From positions 23,182-87,181 of IMG/VR virus record IMGVR_UViG_3300032240_001244: a DNA stretch of 64,000 nt; one strand, 5' to 3'. Under the pieces are notes generated by a model. The model had not been told where the DNA came from, made no database searches, and worked only from the letters and a program-made list of their open reading frames with translations. Position numbers and translations under genes: made by a program. Positions 47,380 to 57,258 of the stretch are shown here, piece after piece (the first letter of the stretch is position 1; the number at the start of each line of letters is the position of its first letter). The DNA comes from a virus.

Positions 47380-47712
47380 TTAGTTAAGGTTTATACATAT
47401 CTCATCAATGATAGCGCTGTCAACTACTTTGTTAGCCTTAGCTTCTAGTTCAATAACTAGTGATACAATCTTAGCTATTTTACGGTAGTCCTCTACCGCT
47501 ATGTAATATGTGTAACACAATCTAATGTTGAATATAGCTACATCTAAAAGCTCAGGCTTGTCTTTGATATTTCTACCTAAGAATAGAAGAGACTGTAGGG
47601 ATAGAGCCATGTACTCTTCTATAGTCTGCTGTGACTCCTCTTGCTCCAGATTCTTCTTGCCTATCTCTATAGCTTCTTCAAACTCTGCTCTGTCAAATTC
47701 TAAAATCCTCAT
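47380..47712 (-). CDS. hypothetical protein
   Basis: 110 aa ORF. Confidence 0.6.
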   Translation of the reverse strand: MRILEFDRAEFEEAIEIGKKNLEQEESQQTIEEYMALSLQSLLFLGRNIKDKPELLDVAIFNIRLCYTYYIAVEDYRKIAKIVSLVIELEAKANKVVDSAIIDEICINLN

Positions 47713-47727
47713 ATGGTTGGTTTTTGT

Positions 47728-48105
47728 TTACGTAAAGATAATTAAAGGTTTGTTGTCATTGTCAATTATTTCTCCAATTGTTTTAAGGATTTTACTATAC
47801 CATTGGAACTTGTCTAACTGTTTCTGTGACATTATCCAGTTGTTATCCACTACCTCTTTAAGAATCTCAGTCAGTTTAAATAAAAGAAAGTCTTTGAACT
47901 CCTCAATAGATTTAGCACCCTTTAAACTATTACATTTCCTACAGGCGAAGACTTTGTTGTTAACCAGAGTATTCCCTTCCGATACCGGAAGGAAATGATC
48001 TCTAGTTATTTCTTCGTAAGGAGTGTTGTTCTTACAATAGTAACAACACCCTCCCTGCTTCATGTACTGATCATTAAGTTGTTTACTAAATTTTCTTTGG
48101 TTCAT
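47728..48105 (-). CDS. HNH endonuclease
   Basis: CYYC ... TRDHFLPVSEG ... N.VFACRKCN..KG. Confidence 0.85.
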   Translation of the reverse strand: MNQRKFSKQLNDQYMKQGGCCYYCKNNTPYEEITRDHFLPVSEGNTLVNNKVFACRKCNSLKGAKSIEEFKDFLLFKLTEILKEVVDNNWIMSQKQLDKFQWYSKILKTIGEIIDNDNKPLIIFT

Positions 48106-48107
48106 AT

Positions 48108-49232
48108 TTAAAATGGTAAAAATACAGTATTATCTACTGTCTTATTTGTTGACAAAGATACATCCATTCGGTATAAATCATCGTTAATCCTCTCTAATAA
48201 TTCAATAACTTCAACACGTAGTTCTTTAGATACTAAAGAGTTTCTTTTACCAAAGAGCTGACTAAACTGTAATTTACTCTTTGGTTTATTATCATCTATA
48301 TACAAACCTAGAGTTGCTTCTTGACCCTTCCAACTAATGTGGTATGCCAAGTAGCTACCATTATTTATACTACTCCAGTAGTTAGTATACACACAATGTT
48401 GCATTTGACTTCCTTCAGTGAACACCCTCTTCTGAGTAGTCAAAGGTTCAAATAACTCTGGGGTATAAGGTGCCAGTCTTTCATATAGATTAATATCTAC
48501 TTCCTTATCCGGTATGCTTGTAACCTCTACTGCCATGATCTCTTTAGTCCAGTTAGTATGCTCTTCATCCATTCTTTTAGATGACCACTTAAAATCAATC
48601 TTCCTATCTAATATCTTAGACTGGTTTATTAAGTCATCTAAATGATTAGAAATTATAGCACCGTCCAATAGAAACTCCAGGTAATGATTAACATCCTTAG
48701 CAGAATAAGCACCACGAAGAAATGTAACTTTAGTTAGTCTTTGTTTTTTACACACAGAGTAGAGTAGTTTAGGTGAAGCATTTATACGAGATAGTTTAAG
48801 ATACCCACTCAAGTAATCTATAGGATTAGTTATTTTACCTGTAATAACTTTTTCAAATAGAGTCTTGGTCATAAAAGGCCACAGCCTCTCCTCCTCATTT
48901 GTAAACCAATCTATATTCAATGCTCTCAAAGCAGTAGAGAAATGTGGATTAGATGCTATATCTGATCCGTACCATACTCTAAGTTTGCCTTTCTCATCTA
49001 CAGTAAAACCCTTTTTACTCTTGAGTTTTACATAATATTTCTTACCCTTCTTAATCTTGTAGCAACTGAGGCCATAATGTATCTTACCATCATCAGTCTT
49101 TATAAGATCAGATTCTACAAACTCTCTGTTGTTAATATTTCTGTTGTATATAATATTTTTATATACACCATCTTCCATTGCCAGGAAGTCATCTATATCA
49201 GTAGGCTTAGTGTTTATTATTATCCTCTCCAT
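48108..49232 (-). CDS. PcfJ-like domain protein
   Basis: C-terminal EG..MQHCV..Y ... ATL ... Q.FG.RN. Confidence 0.7.
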   Translation of the reverse strand: MERIIINTKPTDIDDFLAMEDGVYKNIIYNRNINNREFVESDLIKTDDGKIHYGLSCYKIKKGKKYYVKLKSKKGFTVDEKGKLRVWYGSDIASNPHFSTALRALNIDWFTNEEERLWPFMTKTLFEKVITGKITNPIDYLSGYLKLSRINASPKLLYSVCKKQRLTKVTFLRGAYSAKDVNHYLEFLLDGAIISNHLDDLINQSKILDRKIDFKWSSKRMDEEHTNWTKEIMAVEVTSIPDKEVDINLYERLAPYTPELFEPLTTQKRVFTEGSQMQHCVYTNYWSSINNGSYLAYHISWKGQEATLGLYIDDNKPKSKLQFSQLFGKRNSLVSKELRVEVIELLERINDDLYRMDVSLSTNKTVDNTVFLPF

Positions 49233-49380
49233 TATATTTTTCTTGATGAATGAATATTTTCATAGTCCTTCCCTCATCTTGTATTGAGATGTTGACTATG
49301 TTATCTTTATTCCAATTAACATATGATCTTCCATTCTCATCTATAACTTCTACTCTTACTACTCCTTCTTGGTATTCCAT
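49207..49380 (-). CDS. small hypothetical protein
   Basis: MEYQEGVVRVEVIDENGRSYV...QDEGRTMKIF; true start 49380. Confidence 0.6.
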   Translation of the reverse strand: MEYQEGVVRVEVIDENGRSYVNWNKDNIVNISIQDEGRTMKIFIHQEKYNGEDNNKH

Positions 49381-49390
49381 TGTTATTGTT

Positions 49391-49618
49391 TTATAATACA
49401 ATACCTTTAAAGTCTTCTGGTGTGCCATCAATGATCTCCGCATGAGGTCCGTAGTACCACTCATCATTCCTATCTTTTTGAAACTTGAGTACGTAGTTAC
49501 TAAACGCAACTTCCCGGTAACCTCCTTCGTATCCAGGAACAAGTACAACTAAGTCTGGATCTACTGTCTGTAATTTTTCTATTAGTTCTTTTACTGTTAT
49601 CATGTTATTAATTTTCAA
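49391..49618 (-). CDS. hypothetical protein
   Basis: TVKELIEKLQ..DPDL.V...GYEGG. Confidence 0.65.
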   Translation of the reverse strand: MKINNMITVKELIEKLQTVDPDLVVLVPGYEGGYREVAFSNYVLKFQKDRNDEWYYGPHAEIIDGTPEDFKGIVL

Positions 49619-49895
49619 ATTGTTTTAAATCGTTCAAACAATAGAGTAAAGTTTCTAGCTCCTCTATGTGCAGATCAATCCGCTTACTGATCTTACCTGT
49701 CTCAAAGCTAATGTCAAACCCTTCGCCATTAGACCATGCAGTTACTTTACAGAACACATCACACAATCCTTTAAATTCGTACTCAACTGATTTGGATTCA
49801 CCAAACTTTTTAGGTAGATAGTCTGAACCATTATCTATAACATCTGCTTCTGTGATCTTTAGCCATTTAGCAATCTTCTTTTTAATGTTCATCAT
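49608..49895 (-). CDS. hypothetical protein
   Basis: 95 aa ORF. Confidence 0.6.
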   Translation of the reverse strand: MMNIKKKIAKWLKITEADVIDNGSDYLPKKFGESKSVEYEFKGLCDVFCKVTAWSNGEGFDISFETGKISKRIDLHIEELETLLYCLNDLKQFEN

Positions 49896-49954
49896 GTTGT
49901 TCTTTATTATACTTTTCTCCGTCCTAATCTATCCGATGTGGCATAGTTATTATT

Positions 49955-50932
49955 TTAAAGCATTACCACAGCCTGATCGAATGCCTTAGCAATCTTATCA
50001 TTAGCATATCCATAGTTCATATCCTTCATCTTCTGATCAGCGTTCTTATAATCCTTAAGGAAGTTATAGTAACCGGAGACACCATTGTACGCTCCCCACA
50101 ATGTTCTGTAAGCAGCTTCAGTAGTCTGAGTAGGATGAGTGATAGCAAAAGAGTATACCTGATCTACTAAGTTCTTCATCCTAGTAGAAGCATCTTTATC
50201 TGATTTATCTTCTTTCATTGTAGTCTTCATTACAGTCTCAATGAAATACTTCATCTCCAAGTCAGACAGCTTTCTGGTAGTCATACTCTCGAATGTCATG
50301 TTCACTTCATCCATGTACTTAGAAGCTATTCCCATGACCCTAGAAGCCTCTTTTAATCTACTCTCTGCTGATGCAGTGTGTGAGATGCTGACCTTATTGT
50401 CAAGGTTCTTAAGAGCTGCTGTGAGAGTATTATTACACACTACTCTGATAGGAGTAAAGCCTGCAATGATAGTGCTGGTACCATCATGAGAGTTAGTAAG
50501 CATGATATACTTCTCTACCTTCTCACCCCTAACCAACATATCTTCTGGAAGCTTAGCTGTTACAAAGATCCTCTCACCTTTACCCAAAGCTCCTGCTGTC
50601 TCAAAGATAGCCTCACCCTTGTCAATGATAGTGTCAAAGAATCCAAAGGCATCCTTGTTCTGTACAATACGATACCTACCTTTTACAATACCCAAGATCT
50701 CATTTGTGTCTGTCCTTACATTACCGTAATGGCCTTCTGCTTCTACCATTGTACCAGCCCAACCCGGTGCATAGAGAGGACGCTTCTCTACTGTGTAGTT
50801 CAATCCACCAAGTTCAATAGCTTGTTCTGAAGTCATTGCTTCCGATACATACTGTCCAAGACCATGCCATGCTTTCTCTCCACGAGCTGCAAAAGATACC
50901 TTACCGTTTGTTTCGTTTAAATTGTGTGCCAT
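49955..50932 (-). CDS. DUF932/DUF945-type phage/plasmid protein (TIGR03299-like)
   Basis: MAHN, AWHGLG, VQN..AF.FFD, ETAGAL..G, NSHDG, TPIRVVCNNTL, TLWGAYN. Confidence 0.85.
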   Translation of the reverse strand: MAHNLNETNGKVSFAARGEKAWHGLGQYVSEAMTSEQAIELGGLNYTVEKRPLYAPGWAGTMVEAEGHYGNVRTDTNEILGIVKGRYRIVQNKDAFGFFDTIIDKGEAIFETAGALGKGERIFVTAKLPEDMLVRGEKVEKYIMLTNSHDGTSTIIAGFTPIRVVCNNTLTAALKNLDNKVSISHTASAESRLKEASRVMGIASKYMDEVNMTFESMTTRKLSDLEMKYFIETVMKTTMKEDKSDKDASTRMKNLVDQVYSFAITHPTQTTEAAYRTLWGAYNGVSGYYNFLKDYKNADQKMKDMNYGYANDKIAKAFDQAVVML

Positions 50933-50944
50933 AACTGTTTGTGT

Positions 50945-51181
50945 TTATTGTTTGTTTTGTTTTAAATTGTTGATATAATCATTAGCAAATTTAATTTTCC
51001 AATCCCCCGTATGACCGTCTTCATCTAGTGCATACATGATAGCATCTTTGATTTGTTGTTCTTCCATTGCTTTGGCTTGTTCAATAACTTCTTTTGGAAT
51101 ATCAATTCTAATGTTTTCATTATATGGTAATGGATAAGAATATCCATTAATTTGTTGAATCAACCATTGTACTGCTGTCAT
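50945..51181 (-). CDS. hypothetical protein
   Basis: TAVQWL ... EQAKAMEEQQIKDA. Confidence 0.65.
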   Translation of the reverse strand: MTAVQWLIQQINGYSYPLPYNENIRIDIPKEVIEQAKAMEEQQIKDAIMYALDEDGHTGDWKIKFANDYINNLKQNKQ

Positions 51182-51192
51182 AGTAATTGTTT

Positions 51193-51570
51193 TTATTTAA
51201 TCATACAATATAATCCATAGTCAATACTGATAATAGTATTGAAGGCTTCTCCATCAGCTACATCACCTTTGTACACCCAGTTAGGAGTCTCTCTAGGATT
51301 ATACTTAACTCTCTCATACCCTTCATCCTTAAGGAAGTCATTCTGTTTTACAAACAAATTCTCACACAATACCCAAGCACACACAGACTTATTAGCACCC
51401 TTATAGATCTTCTCAGCCACACTACGATAGTTCTTTAGTTTGCAATTACTCATTATTAACTGCACTTCTGTAATGTCGTAATACGCCACAGTTTTATCAG
51501 GGTACTCTACCTTCCACTTCATGTAGTTCTTACCTCTAGCTAGATTGAATCTTACTCTTATGCTTTTCAT
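51193..51570 (-). CDS. hypothetical protein
   Basis: 125 aa ORF. Confidence 0.65.
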   Translation of the reverse strand: MKSIRVRFNLARGKNYMKWKVEYPDKTVAYYDITEVQLIMSNCKLKNYRSVAEKIYKGANKSVCAWVLCENLFVKQNDFLKDEGYERVKYNPRETPNWVYKGDVADGEAFNTIISIDYGLYCMIK

Positions 51571-52046
51571 TCTGCAAATTTTATTTCAGTATACTTGTCA
51601 GTATCTACCTCATCATTCTCATCTAGGTATACCTCCTTCTGGAAATCAGATACTACTGAGGCTGGGAGATATCCTACTGCATCTAATAAGGCTTTTGCTG
51701 TTATAGAAAATTTACCCTCAGTTGCTAATTCCCCTGCAACATCATAGTCATAAACAAAAGTCTCTTTCATGTCCTGATCAAAGAACCAGTCTATAAAAGA
51801 TCCACGATCAATTAACAATACCTTGCCTTCTTCTTTAGCAGGCTTGATTATGATATCTTTGTATGAATTTATAAAGTCTACCATACATTCATATTCCCCC
51901 TTGTCTGGATCATTATACAAAGAATCTTCAAAATCTGAATGCAACTTTTGTAAGTCTCCAAACAACATATCGTAAGGAGTTGGGTCGTTAGGATTAGCAA
52001 CAGTGTAAAGCTGACTGAATAGAAAAAAAGAATAATTCTCTGTCAT
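51567..52046 (-). CDS. hypothetical protein
   Basis: 159 aa acidic ORF. Confidence 0.65.
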   Translation of the reverse strand: MTENYSFFLFSQLYTVANPNDPTPYDMLFGDLQKLHSDFEDSLYNDPDKGEYECMVDFINSYKDIIIKPAKEEGKVLLIDRGSFIDWFFDQDMKETFVYDYDVAGELATEGKFSITAKALLDAVGYLPASVVSDFQKEVYLDENDEVDTDKYTEIKFAE

Positions 52047-52252
52047 GTTGTTTGTATTTGTTTGATTAATAATTCTTTATGGTGTTCTGGAAGGTCTGTA
52101 CATTTAACTGCTTCTTCTCCTTCATATTTACAATCCTCTAGTGCCGCATCTAGATCCCCGTAAATTACTATGTCTCCTGATTCGCTATACTTTGCCACCC
52201 AGTCTGTTGACTTGTTGTAAATAACATAATCTGTTTCAAATAAATTTTTCAT
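52043..52252 (-). CDS. hypothetical protein
   Basis: Start ATG 52252 just downstream of TATATTTG (52266-52273). Confidence 0.6.
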   Translation of the reverse strand: MKNLFETDYVIYNKSTDWVAKYSESGDIVIYGDLDAALEDCKYEGEEAVKCTDLPEHHKELLIKQIQTT

Positions 52253-52290
52253 ACTTTTTATTTTACAAATATAATAAACTCTTTTTAAAT

Positions 52291-52321
52291 AAAAAAACCC
52301 AGAGCATAGAAATACTCCGGG
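52291..52321 (-). terminator. intrinsic terminator
   Basis: Minus strand CCCGGAGTAT-TTCT-ATGCTCTGGG then T7. Confidence 0.7.
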
Positions 52322-52347
52322 ATCATTAACCACAATTAAACAGAATC

Positions 52348-52578
52348 TTACATGCCAGCTCTCTGGAAGTACAGCTTCTCCAATACTCTTTGATAGAAAG
52401 CATTGGGAATGAATACGTCATCATCCTCTAGCATGACTAGCTTATCTGGGATAACGAAGTCTAACTTCTCTGTTTTGATCCTGTAAATGCCTGGCATCAT
52501 ATCATTCTTAAATACGTTCTTTCTCTTGAACTTAATACGAGCTGTGCTGTCGTATTTAAAATAAAGATCTTGTACCAT
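52348..52578 (-). CDS. hypothetical protein
   Basis: 76 aa ORF. Confidence 0.6.
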   Translation of the reverse strand: MVQDLYFKYDSTARIKFKRKNVFKNDMMPGIYRIKTEKLDFVIPDKLVMLEDDDVFIPNAFYQRVLEKLYFQRAGM

Positions 52579-52580
52579 AG

Positions 52581-52793
52581 TTATTTGTTTTGTTCTTCAT
52601 TATAAATTTTTAAACAATCAGGACATCCTATCTCCTGAACCTCTTCTATCTTAGCCCAGTTCCTACTTAACATAGGAGTATCACATAGTGTTGTACCGTG
52701 GAATCCTGACTTAAATATGTGAGCTGTATTGTTCCATACATTACCTTTGTTTCCAAACATATAGTAATTTTCTTTTAATTCTGATACTTTCAT
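52581..52793 (-). CDS. small His/Cys hypothetical protein
   Basis: AHI...TLC ... CPDC. Confidence 0.6.
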   Translation of the reverse strand: MKVSELKENYYMFGNKGNVWNNTAHIFKSGFHGTTLCDTPMLSRNWAKIEEVQEIGCPDCLKIYNEEQNK

Positions 52794-52805
52794 GATATTT
52801 GTTTT

Positions 52806-53528
52806 TTATTTTGAATAACCTTTGATACCTTTCTTTCTTAGATTGCCTAGAGCTACAGATGCTTTTGATCCTTTCTTCTGAGATCCATGGATCAGTAGAC
52901 CAAAGCTTTTCTTCCCATTGTATGCATGACTGTCATCGTGATCTAACTCCAGTTTAAGTTCCATAGCCTGCTCCTCTGTGAATAAGACCTCTGCATACTT
53001 AAGATTGTTAAGCTCAATCAACTCATCTGATCTACCTCCCTTAGAACTCGTAAGGTTAAAGTTCTCAGGAATAGAATCTTTCCTAGCTAACCAATAAGGA
53101 ATACTCTTGGTGTAAGCATAGAACTTCTTAGTGTCAAACAACCTAGCCACAGCCATCCAAGCATCAAAGTAGATCTGTGAAAAGAAGTCTCCTGATACGT
53201 GAACTCTAACCGTAGTAGCTTTGGGGGGAAGACTGTCTACAATAAGATCAGTCATCTTGCCGACTGTCTTAAGGCTCTTGAGTAGATCATAGTTGTGCCA
53301 CCTAGCAGATCTAGTGTTAGTGTACAATGCTTCTTGTGAAGCAGCAAAGCATCGGAACACTTGGTCTTTACCGTCCTTGATCTTTCCTGTAGATCGATCC
53401 GCGGAAGCCTTACATTCAAATGCAAATGGACAACTGTGCCCTGCTGGAAGTGAGAACGTGTAAATGTCTTTTGAAAGCTTGGCATTTCCCCTGCCAAACT
53501 TTAGCTTGTCATTCTTTTGTTTGTTCAT
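52806..53528 (-). CDS. phage Gp88-like protein (radical-SAM-related fold)
   Basis: GNAKL, FSLPAGHSCP...C, CFA, RVHVSGDF, YAYTK. Confidence 0.75.
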   Translation of the reverse strand: MNKQKNDKLKFGRGNAKLSKDIYTFSLPAGHSCPFAFECKASADRSTGKIKDGKDQVFRCFAASQEALYTNTRSARWHNYDLLKSLKTVGKMTDLIVDSLPPKATTVRVHVSGDFFSQIYFDAWMAVARLFDTKKFYAYTKSIPYWLARKDSIPENFNLTSSKGGRSDELIELNNLKYAEVLFTEEQAMELKLELDHDDSHAYNGKKSFGLLIHGSQKKGSKASVALGNLRKKGIKGYSK

Positions 53529-53820
53529 ATATGTAGTGGTTTATTCTATCTTCTGCTTTCTTAGCACGGTACCTAAAGTTATCATCGGTATCATATAAGT
53601 TTCTATACACCTTGAGTCCATTCATAACTGTGGTATGATCCTTACCAAGAGCTCTACCTGTTGCTACTTTGTTTAATCCTAATCTATTTAAAGTCTTATA
53701 AAGAGTATGCCTAGCTCTTACGATATCTTCCGTCCTCTTTATCGACAATAACATTTCAGTAGTTATGTCAAACTCTTCTGATATTATCTCAATGATCCTT
53801 TCGAACTGTTCTTGTTTCAT
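53509..53820 (-). CDS. DnaA C-terminal (domain IV)-like DNA-binding protein
   Basis: I...SEEF.I....L.S.KR...IV.AR ... GRALGKDHTTVM. Confidence 0.75.
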   Translation of the reverse strand: MKQEQFERIIEIISEEFDITTEMLLSIKRTEDIVRARHTLYKTLNRLGLNKVATGRALGKDHTTVMNGLKVYRNLYDTDDNFRYRAKKAEDRINHYIYEQTKE

Positions 53821-53830
53821 GTTGTTTATT

Positions 53831-54379
53831 TTAATCTATCACAAAGAATGCTGTGAATTTCTCCATGTCTACAGGAGATTCAAACTCACAAGAGATAACA
53901 TCACCAGCCCAAGATCCTACATTAATATCATCATCATCTCTATAATCTCCACCACCTCTGCCATTGCCTGATGACGTTAGGATAGACAAGGGATGGATCT
54001 TCCACCCCTCCTTCCAATCCTGTTCATGTTTATCCCCACAATCAGGAACTTCTAATAAATCTAAGTACATGTTTTTAGTATGGTTTACTATGTACCTAGT
54101 CTGAGGTCCGTCTACAGTAGGATGATCTGAAATATTTTCAAACTCATCCGAAGCCAAGTCGTACAAATTACGGCTATCATCATCAGTAAATAAACCTTGG
54201 TCTGAATAGTCTCCTGTCCATACAATCCTTGTTTTGTGCCAAGAATTTCCAGGAGATAGTAACTGTTGTACTTGTAGCATCTGACCATTGTTGACCCAGG
54301 AATGTTCCATTAGTTTTGCACCGAAAGGATGTACACACTGTTTCTTATCTATTGATGCTGCTATATAATATTGTCCCAT
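53831..54379 (-). CDS. hypothetical phage protein
   Basis: MGQYY, KLMEHSW, IHPL..LT..GNGRGGGDY, GSWAGD. Confidence 0.72.
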   Translation of the reverse strand: MGQYYIAASIDKKQCVHPFGAKLMEHSWVNNGQMLQVQQLLSPGNSWHKTRIVWTGDYSDQGLFTDDDSRNLYDLASDEFENISDHPTVDGPQTRYIVNHTKNMYLDLLEVPDCGDKHEQDWKEGWKIHPLSILTSSGNGRGGGDYRDDDDINVGSWAGDVISCEFESPVDMEKFTAFFVID

Positions 54380-54381
54380 AG

Positions 54382-54732
54382 TTATTGATTATTTGATTCT
54401 TCTGTATTCTTATTGATAAATTTAGTTACAGCATTGTCAACTATAGTTTCTATTTCATAGCTGTCAAAAGATACATCTGATATAGAAATCTCTACGTTAT
54501 TTCCGCTGACATCAGCGTCTATTTCAAAATCACTAATAACGTCTCTTCCGTTTCGATCAAGTTCTGATACTATCTCATGTACAATATCACTAATCACATT
54601 GTCTGATATAGTAGATGATTCTACTTCATCTATCTCTTCGATCATAGTAATCACCTCAGATACATTGATGAATACATTACTTGCTACTGTTCCTGCTGAT
54701 TTAAGTTTCTCAATTAATTCTTGCTTTTTCAT
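54382..54732 (-). CDS. acidic hypothetical protein
   Basis: 116 aa ORF. Confidence 0.62.
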   Translation of the reverse strand: MKKQELIEKLKSAGTVASNVFINVSEVITMIEEIDEVESSTISDNVISDIVHEIVSELDRNGRDVISDFEIDADVSGNNVEISISDVSFDSYEIETIVDNAVTKFINKNTEESNNQ

Positions 54733-54913
54733 TTTCTATTTGTTTTATTGTTTGATAATTGTTTCTTACAAAGTCTACTAACTCTTTTAAAGTATTGGCA
54801 TTGGATAGTTTATACACTCCTTCCCTCCATGGGAACTCCTGTTCAAATATCCAATTCAGTAAGTCGTAGTCATCTAAATGACTTATGCTTGATCTCTTTG
54901 ACATGTTACCCAA
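54710..54913 (-). CDS. hypothetical protein
   Basis: 67 aa ORF. Confidence 0.5.
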   Translation of the reverse strand: MGNMSKRSSISHLDDYDLLNWIFEQEFPWREGVYKLSNANTLKELVDFVRNNYQTIKQIENEKARIN

Positions 54914-55301
54914 ATATTATTTCGTTATAAAATACTTGCTGAATAATTACGTCTGCTGTGTCTGCATCATCATTCTCATTTATCATATCCATAAGATGTT
55001 TGACTGGAGCCTTGCACACTTTCTCATGTACATCTTTGATACTTATTGTGGAGTTCATATCTCCCTCACCTTCCTCATCTACTAGAGTAAGAGTCTTACC
55101 CATTCTTAACATCTCCATTAAAACATCCTCAAAGCATATAAACATTCCTGGGCTTTCTTTACCTAGTTTTGTCTTAGCATCACTGTAATCGTCATCTGAG
55201 AAGTCCAGACTAAGACCATAGCTTGACATATAATCTAGCCCATTACATAGTGCATTGTGAAAATACTCTTCTGATTCTTGTGGTGTTAAATTGATTTCCA
55301 T
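54906..55301 (-). CDS. hypothetical phage protein
   Basis: C-terminal DADTADVIIQ...EIIFG. Confidence 0.68.
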   Translation of the reverse strand: MEINLTPQESEEYFHNALCNGLDYMSSYGLSLDFSDDDYSDAKTKLGKESPGMFICFEDVLMEMLRMGKTLTLVDEEGEGDMNSTISIKDVHEKVCKAPVKHLMDMINENDDADTADVIIQQVFYNEIIFG

Positions 55302-55312
55302 AAATGTTTGTT

Positions 55313-55519
55313 TTATATTTTATTATTTCCAAATGTATCCCAATCCTGAGCCTCTTCATCAGCAGACATTTTATTATCAGCACCATCTGAATTGTTGATC
55401 TCAGTAAATATAGAATCTATTCTTTTTAAATCATCCTCGGAAGCATATCCAGAATCTTCATAAATAGTAAGCAGTTCACAGGCTTCATTTAATAATCTTT
55501 CAAGTTGATCTTTTTTCAT
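55313..55519 (-). CDS. hypothetical protein
   Basis: 68 aa ORF. Confidence 0.55.
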   Translation of the reverse strand: MKKDQLERLLNEACELLTIYEDSGYASEDDLKRIDSIFTEINNSDGADNKMSADEEAQDWDTFGNNKI

Positions 55520-55536
55520 AACATTTTTTTTGTTTA

Positions 55537-55737
55537 TTAATAGTCATCTTCTAAACGTTCTCCTGCGTAGGATTCATCAAAGTATCTATCCTTTCTATAT
55601 GGATAGTTGTTCTCGTAACAATCATCGCAGTAATATCCTGTTGGATATCCGTATGCATCTTTTCTTAATTCTACATACGCTTCTTCCTTGGTTGTCTCAC
55701 AACCTCTACATGGGATTTCATTCTTCTGGTGGTTCAT
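55537..55737 (-). CDS. small Cys-containing hypothetical protein
   Basis: CRGC ... CDDC. Confidence 0.6.
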   Translation of the reverse strand: MNHQKNEIPCRGCETTKEEAYVELRKDAYGYPTGYYCDDCYENNYPYRKDRYFDESYAGERLEDDY

Positions 55738-55990
55738 TGTAGTTTTGTTTTAATAACATATTTTTTCTACCTTGCCTAAGGTGGTATGTTACTGCTTTTA
55801 AATCTTTAGGCATCATCTCTGAATTTATATGGTCGGGACATTCTATCACCATATTATTCCTACAGAAGGATGCAAGGTCATCTTCTGTTACAACAATTAG
55901 ATCGGACTCTCTTAGCGAGGTTACTTCACTCTCTACCTGTTTTGTAATGATGAAGTATCTATTGTTCAGTACTTTTCTTAGAGTTATCAT
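55718..55990 (-). CDS. hypothetical protein
   Basis: 90 aa ORF. Confidence 0.55.
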   Translation of the reverse strand: MITLRKVLNNRYFIITKQVESEVTSLRESDLIVVTEDDLASFCRNNMVIECPDHINSEMMPKDLKAVTYHLRQGRKNMLLKQNYNEPPEE

Positions 55991-56253
55991 TCGTAATCGT
56001 TTATGTCATAATAGTGAATGGAGTGGTACGCTACTAAAGAAACAACTGTTTCATCTAATATCCATCTGCTTATTGATTTTAAAAACTCCTCTTTAGAATG
56101 ACAAGGGTAGTCTACTGATGATCCGTCTTTATGTTTAATGCAAATTCTAGCCATATTGTAATCCGGAATGTACCCAGTAAGTCTAGCGGTTCTATACTCA
56201 TCTTCCGTATCAAAGTCAAATATTGGATCAGGAATTAATAGTTTGTTTAGCAT
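55987..56253 (-). CDS. hypothetical protein
   Basis: 88 aa ORF. Confidence 0.55.
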   Translation of the reverse strand: MLNKLLIPDPIFDFDTEDEYRTARLTGYIPDYNMARICIKHKDGSSVDYPCHSKEEFLKSISRWILDETVVSLVAYHSIHYYDINDYE

Positions 56254-56830
56254 CTTTATTTATTTTATAGTTAACAATAGACTCTGCTTCTTTCATACAA
56301 TCTCCTCCATAATAGCCCCAACAAGAATCTATCTCTTCTCTATGTTCATGACCATGATCACAAGTACATACTTCATATATCCTGTATCCATACACATCTC
56401 CTGTAAGATATTGATCATAAGTTTCCACTTCTCCTTTCAAATAACCTTCAACGCGTTCCTTTAATTTCTGTGTAACAATTTTACCACCGTACTCTTTTAA
56501 CATTTTATCTTTTGAAATAAAGATAAAACCAATTTGTCCACTATCCCAACTACAAGCAAAAGGTGCAGTACTCATTGTTATTCCACCGTGGTCGTAAAGA
56601 TACAGAGGTAGGATAACACCTGCGTTTTCATTCTTAATGATTGCTTTTTCCATTTCTTCCCACCCATCGTAATCGCTGTGTCTGTAATCATGCTTGTCTC
56701 CTAGATTATATCTACGATGAAAGCAAACCATTGTACCAAGATTATCCCATTCTCTTGGAGATTCTGGATCGCTGTCTGGGACGATTTCTATTTCGTACTT
56801 TCCTATACGTTTTGTTTCTATGGCTTCCAT
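56228..56830 (-). CDS. hypothetical phage protein
   Basis: SPREWDNLG, LPLYLYDHGG, WDSGQIG, YLTGDVYGY, DSCWGYYG. Confidence 0.75.
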   Translation of the reverse strand: MEAIETKRIGKYEIEIVPDSDPESPREWDNLGTMVCFHRRYNLGDKHDYRHSDYDGWEEMEKAIIKNENAGVILPLYLYDHGGITMSTAPFACSWDSGQIGFIFISKDKMLKEYGGKIVTQKLKERVEGYLKGEVETYDQYLTGDVYGYRIYEVCTCDHGHEHREEIDSCWGYYGGDCMKEAESIVNYKINKDAKQTINS

Positions 56831-56853
56831 AACTAATTTTTAAATGTGATAAT

Positions 56854-56885
56854 AAAAAAGGGGACAAGATTACTCCTGCCCCCTT
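56854..56885 (-). terminator. intrinsic terminator
   Basis: Minus strand AAGGGGGCAGG...CTTGTCCCC then T6. Confidence 0.65.
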
Positions 56886-56906
56886 ACAAACAACCAACCA
56901 ACTAAA

Positions 56907-57200
56907 CTAGTCAAACACTCTTGAGATAGTTTGGTCCAAAGGATTGTACTCTACCTGATTGTAGGAATGATAGGTTCCTTTCTCAAACACCATCCTATCA
57001 TGTTCGTCGTGGGTAAGAACACCCATCTCGCTCAACATGAAGGTGATACTGTCTGCTGTTGCTTCATACTCGATCTCTTTCTTTGAGTCAAGGATGTGCT
57101 TGATCATCTGTCCTGTTACTGCTGAAACGTGTTCACCTTCACCAAGGCATAAACGTTTTGCTGTCTTAGCTGTCTTCTTGCTTGCATTTTTCTTTGCCAT
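56907..57200 (-). CDS. small His-motif protein (GE...H...THDEH...Q.EY)
   Basis: 97 aa ORF with own promoter. Confidence 0.7.
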   Translation of the reverse strand: MAKKNASKKTAKTAKRLCLGEGEHVSAVTGQMIKHILDSKKEIEYEATADSITFMLSEMGVLTHDEHDRMVFEKGTYHSYNQVEYNPLDQTISRVFD

Positions 57201-57226
57201 TTTTGTTTGATTTTGATTGTTAAAAA

Positions 57227-57258
57227 CAAAGTTAATAAATAAATTTTAATCTTTCAAA
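57227..57258 (-). promoter_or_regulatory. Bacteroidota-type sigma70 promoter
   Basis: Minus strand TTTG (57258-57255), 20-nt spacer, TAACTTTG (57234-57227). Confidence 0.7.
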
